Shown here: piece by piece, positions 30,001 to 36,312 of the stretch
How positions within the stretch are numbered: the stretch's first letter is position 1
Layout: each line of letters opens with the position of its first letter
Assembly (NCBI GenBank): GCA_046497465.1
Contig: JAWOFO010000042.1
Span: forward strand, 64,651-128,650
Direction of reading: 5' to 3'
Source: Desulfobia sp.
GTDB taxonomy: Bacteria; Desulfobacterota; Desulfobulbia; Desulfobulbales; SURF-16
Length of the DNA stretch: 64,000 bases
Made by a program: the position numbers and the translations under genes
The notes under the pieces: generated by a model
What the model saw: the letters and a program-made list of their open reading frames with translations, nothing else
Databases searched by the model: none
What the model was told of the DNA's origin: nothing

Positions 30001-33000
30001 AACGTAACCGGGATGGAAGATGTAGGCCCGGGCCACCAGTTGATTTACGGAGTCAGGATCCACCGGATCAGTGGGTGCGGTAATTACCAGGTCACCGCCG
30101 AAGCCGTAGATGTTGCCGATTGCCACCTGGTAGCCCAGTTCCCGCTCATCGTCGCTGTAAAACATCACATCATAATTACCCTGGCCCACATTATAAGCTG
30201 ACTGCCATTCCTCCCTACCGTAAAAGAGATAGGCTTTTCCGGGCAGATGACCCGGGTAGTCTACCTGATTGATCTCTATATTCGGCCGGTGAAGACCGGA
30301 CTCGTCCTGGTCGGTTGTGCCGATAAGGAGATCATCAACACCGTCCCCGTTGATATCGCCCAGGGCCAGGGAGTTTCCGAGACGCCTGCTGTTGCCCCCG
30401 GTATGGATATCGCCGCTGTCCCCTGTGATCTTTACATCCCAGGCCGGGGTGACGGTGGAGAGATCAACAGTATCCACAACCCTGCTGCCGTAAAGCTCCC
30501 CGATTCCTTCCACAGGACCGAAGGCGATATAAACCGCCCCGATGGCATAACCCAGATTACGATACTCGGGCATCCCGATCACCAGGTCGTTTATACCGTC
30601 ACCATTGAGGTCACCTATGGCAGCGCTCCTCAGATAAGTGTACCGGTCTCCAAAGGCCAGCAAATCCTGGTCGTCGGCGCTGGTAAAACCCGCGGATTCA
30701 TAGGGAAGAATCCTGATTCCGTTCTGATCGCAGTTGTTGCTCTGACAGGGAAGATTCGCACCTACCTTCAGGGTTGCCCCGAAATCAGTACCATCGTAAG
30801 CCAGGCCGTCCTGGTGGAACTCCGGAATCTCGAAGGCGTACCAGTCATATCTGGTATGTTTTTTCACCCAGGTGTCCGCCGGCTGGATTTCGAAAAGCCG
30901 GTTGCCGTAAGAAAGAGTCAGGTCGCTGTCAGCCGCATAAGGGGTCAGATAGTTGCCCGATATATACAGGGTGTCCCCGGGATACATGGATGGATTTCTG
31001 AGGTTTAGGGTGGCATCCAGATCCGGACTGGGAGGTATAAAGACGGGAGGGCTTTCCCGGTAGTTGGCAGGATAGGCGGCGGACTCGTCCCTAACCCTAA
31101 TGGAAAGCCAGCCCGGCTTGTGTCCCCAGTAATATCCATATTTGGTGCAGGAATCAGTCCGTGGATTCCCGCAGTAATCCGGTGCTCCGTTCCAGAGGAG
31201 AAGAGGGAGGCCGGAGCGGGCACTGAACCCCCTGCCCTCGACGATCAGATCGTACCTGTCCCGCCAGCATCCAATCCAGATATCTTCCACTACATTATAT
31301 GTGCAGAACTCGTCCCAGTAAGTGGTGGGTTCCCAGTTCCAGTCTTCTACAATCGGGACCTCAATAACCTCGACCGGGAAATAGGGAGGATAATCGGTTC
31401 CCCATTCCAGGCATTCGTCATCGACCAGATTCTCGCATCTGGTCTTTGACGGATACTGGTAGTCCCCGCACTCCGCCTGAATATCGAACTCGGCCGTGCC
31501 GGTGAACAAGCCGGCATTAACGGTGTGGGTCTCGTGAACAGCGCCGGCATCTTCTATGGTCAGGAAGTCCGAGGGCTCGGTGGTTTCCAGGGTTGACGGC
31601 ACTCCCACATCCAGCATGGTAACGTGGATTTCATCTATATCCAGGAGATCAACGGCAAAGGCCACTACAAAGTCCCCCAGAACATCCTCGAGAAAGGACT
31701 CCAGATCCACTCCTGCTATTTGTTTTATGATGGAGAAGAGACCGAACGGATCAGGGATATCTATTGCCAGGTCTCCGTGTTCTATCAGTTCCGTGAAACC
31801 GGCATTGGTAAAGTTGGCGTAGAGACTTAATTCGTTGCTCGTATCAGTATAGAAGATATGGTTGCTGATCCCTTCAAAAGGCCCTGAAGCAGCGACCTTC
31901 CACTCACTGGGAAAGGTAGGGACTCCGGCCTGGAGGACGTCTGCCACCAGGTCTATTACCGAAGTGATGGCCTCGATTATTCCGTCAATAGCATCAACGG
32001 TTGCAATAAGCTCGGTAATAAAGGGGATGGCCGCGCAGCAGGGTACACAGCCGAAGAAGCAGGAGATCGAATTTCCGGCTAGAGACACGTACAGGATAAC
32101 CCTGGTTGAATCCAGGATTTCGTCTATTGTTTCAAAGGGGTCTGCTATGTCATTAAGAATGTCTACGACTTCACTGACATTACAGACGGCCTCACCGTCT
32201 GGAGAATGACTCAGTATTTCGTTTATCAGTTCGAATTTCTGCTTTATAAGTAAAAAGGCTTCACTCCCGAAGACGGCGTCGAGATTTGCCTTTACTTCAT
32301 CGCTGGGAATAGAGTCCACTCTGTCCCTTAAGGTTTCCACGAAATTCATGGTCCCGGCCATGTTTTCTTCCAGCAGGGCCCACTTCTCCGGAGGTATGTT
32401 CGGCTTTGTCAAGTGCTCCAGTTTAGCGAAGACTCTCTGCAGCTGGGTGACCAGCAGGTCCAACTGGTAGTCCACCTCGTTGCCTTTCAGGTCCGGAGTA
32501 GGATCCTGGGCGGGCATCACCTGAAAACCGAGGGAATTGGATATACTTTGTTCATCGTATACATATACCTGCAGACTCTCCTCGCTTTTCAGGAAGATGA
32601 AGGGGACCATGACCTTAAGGTAATTTTCCGTTGCCTCCAGCACTACTCCCTTACTACCGTATTCATCCCCCTGGAAATAGGCCTCCATTACCTGCCGGTC
32701 AGGAGTGAAGCCGGAGCCGGTAACGGTTATGATGGTCCCTGTCTGACCGGACGGCGGTGAAATATCATCCAGGAACAGGGCCGGTACCGGATTATAATTG
32801 ACGGCAAATTTAGCAGGCGGGCTCTGTACTCCGTTGATCAGCACAGAAACCTCAAAATCGTTTAAGCCGGCAGTGAGCTTTACTGATTTTTCAAAATAGC
32901 CGTTCTCATTGACTGTCTCTACAGTTTCACCGGTAGTAGTATTGCTGATAACAACTGTTCCGCCTGGTACTGAAACACCCTTAAGCGTAATGGTCTCGTT

Positions 33001-33240
33001 GTCTGTCACCTTTGGTGGAGGTGCCAGCAACGGCTTGCCCAACACGGTTATAACTGTGCTGTCTTCAGGGCTTGTCATGTTTTTGTTGTCGGTTACCACC
33101 AGTGAAAAATTAAAAACCCCCTGCTTCAAAGAAACAGAGGGTGTGATCACATCCTCCGGGTCAGGGGAACCCGACCAGGTATAGTTACTGATTGTGCCGT
33201 CCGGATCACGGGAAGAGCTGCCGTCAAGCTGGATATCCAT
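27043..33240 (-). CDS. giant secreted multidomain surface protein (PKD, IPT/TIG, unknown ~600-aa region, 7-blade FG-GAP propeller, 3 choice-of-anchor-D/ASH-like repeats, He_PIG-like and PPC-like modules); main uninterrupted ORF
   Basis: This is a 2065-codon ORF counted from its first in-frame ATG. Motifs read from the translation follow.
- PKD-like: DGSSSRDPDGTISNYTW.
- IPT/TIG-like: ISPPSGQTGTIITVTGSGFT (32704-32763).
- Seven Ca-binding FG-GAP blades between ~28990 and 30620: GDLNGDGINDLVIG, GDINGDGVDDLLIG, GFGGDLVITAP, EDINGDGHDDLLIGAP (29791-29838), VDLNRDGRGEIVVGAP (29548-29595), GDLNNDGFNDLLVGAP, GDLNPFLGDDMLII.
- Three ~100-aa repeats each ending ...SNDP...SGNG/SGQG (~27650-28595).
- Two G.(K/E)PY.FS...VTD..G modules.
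The true N-terminus lies upstream (see the next feature). Confidence 0.9.
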   Translation of the reverse strand: MDIQLDGSSSRDPDGTISNYTWSGSPDPEDVITPSVSLKQGVFNFSLVVTDNKNMTSPEDSTVITVLGKPLLAPPPKVTDNETITLKGVSVPGGTVVISNTTTGETVETVNENGYFEKSVKLTAGLNDFEVSVLINGVQSPPAKFAVNYNPVPALFLDDISPPSGQTGTIITVTGSGFTPDRQVMEAYFQGDEYGSKGVVLEATENYLKVMVPFIFLKSEESLQVYVYDEQSISNSLGFQVMPAQDPTPDLKGNEVDYQLDLLVTQLQRVFAKLEHLTKPNIPPEKWALLEENMAGTMNFVETLRDRVDSIPSDEVKANLDAVFGSEAFLLIKQKFELINEILSHSPDGEAVCNVSEVVDILNDIADPFETIDEILDSTRVILYVSLAGNSISCFFGCVPCCAAIPFITELIATVDAIDGIIEAITSVIDLVADVLQAGVPTFPSEWKVAASGPFEGISNHIFYTDTSNELSLYANFTNAGFTELIEHGDLAIDIPDPFGLFSIIKQIAGVDLESFLEDVLGDFVVAFAVDLLDIDEIHVTMLDVGVPSTLETTEPSDFLTIEDAGAVHETHTVNAGLFTGTAEFDIQAECGDYQYPSKTRCENLVDDECLEWGTDYPPYFPVEVIEVPIVEDWNWEPTTYWDEFCTYNVVEDIWIGCWRDRYDLIVEGRGFSARSGLPLLLWNGAPDYCGNPRTDSCTKYGYYWGHKPGWLSIRVRDESAAYPANYRESPPVFIPPSPDLDATLNLRNPSMYPGDTLYISGNYLTPYAADSDLTLSYGNRLFEIQPADTWVKKHTRYDWYAFEIPEFHQDGLAYDGTDFGATLKVGANLPCQSNNCDQNGIRILPYESAGFTSADDQDLLAFGDRYTYLRSAAIGDLNGDGINDLVIGMPEYRNLGYAIGAVYIAFGPVEGIGELYGSRVVDTVDLSTVTPAWDVKITGDSGDIHTGGNSRRLGNSLALGDINGDGVDDLLIGTTDQDESGLHRPNIEINQVDYPGHLPGKAYLFYGREEWQSAYNVGQGNYDVMFYSDDERELGYQVAIGNIYGFGGDLVITAPTDPVDPDSVNQLVARAYIFHPGYVSMPKDVKIPDDLYLFRPYRAVIEGQNVYQTDIIDFQTGEYVQYKGDGLGKSLAMEDINGDGHDDLLIGAPDYGRVPAGAELSLRQGAAYIFYGDSMLRGYLYAGPLSEGNQDVLIEGPRIWSEDERTGFAASTGIVDLNRDGRGEIVVGAPSAKLELEMYHSMIKDPEIQSRVEINETGVGRVYLIDGNSTQLDGLVNVEGIKDVLISGSRSICRFGYSLSSGDLNNDGFNDLLVGAPSGRGGANLPGHVWVLYGSESPLWEDSEGGDLIHLENRRWYSGEIDYTDNPGTALEDGLDYLFTGPQAKAGISRPGFGVFIGAGDLNPFLGDDMLIIDPVADAPEPSDPTLQNRRSYSGMLHIFYQGSAEYWPLAISPEEAVLPFCESEKTFKAYGGLKPYQFSWSGCYQTEPVICSPYQDYPPEGFEVEYENNDQAVLRINGCIPQDIALLRLRVTDARGESATRDISFLKPDISVAPAAVDFGDINIGYTANQPVTLSNTGNADLDITGISTSGSADIYHLDNCPGVLPAASDCTISTVFSPTVTGPASAELGITSNDPDDPSIIIALSGNGLAALEPDLVVIGGNLVFIDVPLGTSQEQDMIIKNSGDADLEITDISLAGASEFETAASDCTGTLAPSGTCSLTVTFTPSSTDPVYGSVAIASNDPDTPVFNGSLSGNGITSSISLTPSSLDFGEVPCGAGGSGSVSIGNTGEATLQVNSISYSGDSVFTVTVPPTPFQIEPEGDDRIISVDFQPGSTGIYQGTVTIESNDPLSPEIQFDISGQGAPRPIDLGEMVNGNLEQEGDEDVFAWVCTGDPVALDVDETEDGVVIDETASAVRAFLFDPDQVQLAEGSGGFASVGTPEGGTCTLMLRSEVSRAVEYRFILNAEEGLTLSPPTQVVNRCYFETGFDIEGGTEPYSFSLGDDPEIVQLIENSSLGISYLGNDFVMIWSGACIPEDINLLTLTVTDSTGAQGRADIIPGDPF

Positions 33241-33620
33241 TGCAGTCTCTCCCTCCGGAAGGACAATGGTTCTGTCATTACCCGCATCCGCTACAGGTGG
33301 CTGGTTCTCGGACTCGACGATTTCACACCTGGGAAGGTCACACCGGAGGATAAGCTTTCTGGCGTCAAGGACGGTGATTGTACCGTCACCGTCTATATCA
33401 CAGTCTGGATTACTTGTTGCAGGCTGGTTCCTGTAAGAAAGGAGAATATTCAGGTCGTTTCTGTCTACGTCTCCGTCACCGTCGATATCTCCGGTGAGGG
33501 CCTGGGCCGGATTAACTCCAAGAAAGAGCCATATTATGAGGGAAAAAAGAGTTAAGGTACCGCTGTGAATCCAAGACCTTTTTTTGCAGTCCTGCTTTGA
33601 TAACGAACGATCTTTGACAT
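33241..33620 (-). other. upstream extension of the giant gene: ATG plus signal-peptide n-region (frame A), then h/c-region and a two-repeat dockerin-type module (main frame)
   Basis: The main frame stays open for 150 codons above the first ATG; the upstream stop is at 33691-33693. That stretch has no ATG, GTG or TTG. It encodes ...KKRSWIHSGTLTLFSLIIWLFLGVNPAQA|LTGDIDGDGDVDRNDLNILL (33439-33492) ... CDIDGDGTITVLDARKLIL (33346-33402). An ATG at 33620, with GGGGTGA upstream, opens MSKIVRYQSRTAKK in the other frame. That frame terminates at 33552-33554. Confidence 0.7.
33579..33585 (-). repeat. A7 homopolymer (T7 on + strand) = A AAA AAA G slippery site linking the two frames of the giant gene
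   Basis: In the frame of the 33620 ATG the sequence reads gca aaa aaa ggt. A -1 slip, or one extra A, reads aaa aaa agg tct tgg, which is the main ORF frame. Confidence 0.6.
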
Positions 33621-34043
33621 GACTATCACCCCGAGAAATATTGACATTAAAAAAAAACAGTCCAATCAGCCCCGAAATTACATAATCACTTTATTTATAT
33701 TTTCCTTGTCATTAGTTTACCAAAATGAGATTTTACCAGGCAACTAATATTGTACTTTTGGGCAAGAATTTTTTTATTTTGCTTGGAGGATTAATTCTGT
33801 ATTTTCAGTAATTTGTATTTTAACAGTATTTTTATCCCAGGTTCAGAATTTTCTGATCTCGAAAGGATAAAATCAAAGAGTTAGAAATCTGCCCTGATTA
33901 TATCATGATATCGAAACTAATATACTGGGATTATGGATAAGATGATGGAAGATCAACACAACGTGCAAAAGAACCGCTCATCAAACACGAAGCCGTTCCT
34001 GAATGGCTATACCAAACGTAAAGTCGAGTTCTGAATTTATCTG

Positions 34044-35204
34044 TCAGCCTTGCAGACGATTGACCCGGAGACCCATATACAGAGTGAAAAACATTGGAAC
34101 CAGGGATAGAGCGCCGCCCGCGAAAAAGGCCCCCCGGATGTCCATGCCTTCCACAAAGAGGGCAAAAAAAGGCGGGGAGACTGTCTGGCCCAGGTACATC
34201 AGCAGGGTGAAAACGGAAAGCACACCCGCTCTTAATTCAGCGGAAACAAGACCGGCCGCCGCCGAGTTCAGAGTAGGCATCATCACCCCGAAGCCCAGCC
34301 CCCAGACCCCCATGAACAGCAGCAGGAGCGGGTAGCTGCCGCAGAGGCCCACCAGCAGGAGGCTCAGTCCGCAGCAGAAAAATCCCCACATGATACGGAT
34401 TACCTCTGAAATATCGCTTAACCGGCCCGCCTGGGATGCGGTCAGGGCAGAAATTCCGGCTGCAGCCGTGATAGCCAGGCCGGAATACAGAGTGGTCATG
34501 TTGAACTGTTTAACCACCAGCATCGGCATGTAGACCACGATGTTGTAAAGCAGTACGAATCCTATGAAATTCGAGAAAAACAGCCAGATTGCCCGGGTGT
34601 TGCCGATGGAGCGAAGGGCTTTGACCATGTAGCCCTGCGTTTTAAACATTCCCGCCGGTTCTTCAAGCTTAAAGGCGGCTAATATGCCCAGTAAAATGGC
34701 TGCCGAGTGTATATAAAAGGGCAGAAACCAGGCCAGGATGGCCAGGGTGCCGGAAATAAACGGTATGGTGGCATTAGTCAGACCTTGTACCATGACCCGC
34801 CAGCCCATGACGCGGCTCCTGTCGGGTTCAGTGTACATGTCCCCGATGGCAGCCACCACGGTGTTTAACATGCCCCCTACCCCGATTCCCTGGAGAGCCC
34901 GCCATACCAGTACAAGCCAGAAAGATCGGGTAAAAGTGATCAGGAGGCCGCCGACACCAAAAAGAATTGCGGCAGGAACAATTACCCGCTTTCTGCCAAA
35001 TCGATCAGCCACTGCTCCCAGCAGAGGAGTCGCCACCATCGCGGAAAAGGTATAGGCGCTTAAGGCCAGACCGATGTTTTTACTGGTGGCCCCGTTCAGG
35101 TTCATCATCGCCGGTAGGATCGGGCCCACCAGACTGCCACCGGTTACCGCAAATACGATAACCGCCAGCAGGATCAACAGGTTCGGTTCTCTCAGTTTAC
35201 TCAT
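34044..35204 (-). CDS. MFS transporter
   Basis: 386 aa with about 12 predicted TM segments and the MFS loop motif GAVADRFGRKRVI between TM2 and TM3. Confidence 0.85.
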   Translation of the reverse strand: MSKLREPNLLILLAVIVFAVTGGSLVGPILPAMMNLNGATSKNIGLALSAYTFSAMVATPLLGAVADRFGRKRVIVPAAILFGVGGLLITFTRSFWLVLVWRALQGIGVGGMLNTVVAAIGDMYTEPDRSRVMGWRVMVQGLTNATIPFISGTLAILAWFLPFYIHSAAILLGILAAFKLEEPAGMFKTQGYMVKALRSIGNTRAIWLFFSNFIGFVLLYNIVVYMPMLVVKQFNMTTLYSGLAITAAAGISALTASQAGRLSDISEVIRIMWGFFCCGLSLLLVGLCGSYPLLLLFMGVWGLGFGVMMPTLNSAAAGLVSAELRAGVLSVFTLLMYLGQTVSPPFFALFVEGMDIRGAFFAGGALSLVPMFFTLYMGLRVNRLQG

Positions 35205-35402
35205 ATGTCGGCGGAACTCTGCCGGACCTCCGTGACGTTAAGACTTCGGCTCACAGAACCGGCATACAAGGTCCGGTTTCCGGGTAAGTCAGTACATCAT
35301 GGGTAAGCCCCGGATTTAAGGAGACAAAGGTTAATGATACGGCCCCGGCAGCGAAAGACGCGGGCCCTTATAATAGTGTTGGTGGCAAAGTCAGCATTGA
35401 CC

Positions 35403-35885
35403 TTACTTGTCCCGGTTGGTTTTCTTTGTAATTAACCAGTATGTTATTCCCAATGCTAAGACGACTGCAGCGGTACCGTATATATAAGGCGGTGTTGTTC
35501 TCTCAAAATCAAAAATAATTACTTTTCTGGCAATGGCCATAAGTGCGGTGGCGACAACCAGACGCACAGGTATAATATCGGTGCTAAGGTACATACTTAT
35601 ATTGATAAATATTTCAATCGCTATAAGGACCGCCAGAAAAGCGCCAAATGTCGCAAGTATGTCATTTATTTGTAAAAGCAGGTACGGCGGCTGGGTGAGG
35701 CGTTGATATAAAACATAGATGACATCTCCTATACCCCAGACAATAACGAGCACCATCAGTACGGCAAGGATTTTTATCACAATTCTTATGATCCTGTGCA
35801 GAAAACGAATGGTTGCATCTTCATGTTTCAAATGAAGATCATGGCCTGGTTCACGTTCGTATGTTGAGGGCTTGTCTGTTTTCAT
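35403..35885 (-). CDS. small four-TM membrane protein, PsiE-like
   Basis: 160 aa. A polar N-terminus is followed by four hydrophobic helices. The pattern LAVLIAIEIF...VVATALMAIARKVIIFD resembles the phosphate-starvation-inducible PsiE family. The assignment is tentative. Confidence 0.55.
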   Translation of the reverse strand: MKTDKPSTYEREPGHDLHLKHEDATIRFLHRIIRIVIKILAVLMVLVIVWGIGDVIYVLYQRLTQPPYLLLQINDILATFGAFLAVLIAIEIFINISMYLSTDIIPVRLVVATALMAIARKVIIFDFERTTPPYIYGTAAVVLALGITYWLITKKTNRDK

Positions 35886-35902
35886 AGTCGTTTCGTTTTT
35901 AA

Positions 35903-36052
35903 TTCAATTTTCCGGATTGATTTATCTGTATGATATAACGTGCAAATTTCTTAGTGAAGCAAGCCTTGAGAGCACTCAAGCTCGAAATTGTTCCTGAATA
36001 AACATACCAACCGTCTGAAATCATAATAGTTTTATCAAGTCGGAAAGTTGAG
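35903..36052. mobile_element. MITE-like nonautonomous element, copy 1 (150 bp)
   Basis: Its terminal inverted repeats are tcaattttccggattga... and ...tcaagtcggaaagttga. It is flanked by tttttaa on both sides (35896-35902 and 36054-36060). The arms are near-identical to copy 2 at 62817-62957. Confidence 0.6.
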
Positions 36053-36312
36053 TTTTTTAATATTTATCTTTATCTTTCCACTTATTTACGATACTATCAA
36101 AGGTGATATGGGAAGTAAATCTAAACTGGGCAGATTTACCGCCGGTTGACCTTCTGTTATATCCATTTAACTGCCAGGTTCCGTCCTGCTAGCTACCTCG
36201 GCATCCGTGATGTTGAGCGCTTTCTGTCAAACAGGCATAAAGTGTCATCTTTAACACAGAGCGTCAGGTTCTGAACACCCCTTTTTTCTGTTGCGAGGAC
36301 CCTGACAAACCT

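Noticed and set aside
35205-35402. A 198-nt leader upstream of the MFS transporter (minus strand) with ccggacc…ggtccgg inverted repeats and an ACGG-containing hairpin. It was considered as a guanidine-type or other riboswitch.
   Set aside because: I could not match the conserved cores of the ykkC, mini-ykkC or ykkC-III motifs by eye. A covariance-model scan (Rfam/Infernal) would be needed.
36057-36188. A minus-strand frame reading QDGTWQLNGYNRRSTGGKSAQFRFTSHITFDSIVNKWKDKDKY*. It ends at the right flank of MITE copy 1 and looks like the tail of a real protein.
   Set aside because: It begins immediately after an in-frame TAG and has no ATG, GTG or TTG. I cannot assign it to a family. It may be a gene relic truncated by rearrangement, but the evidence is too thin to annotate.
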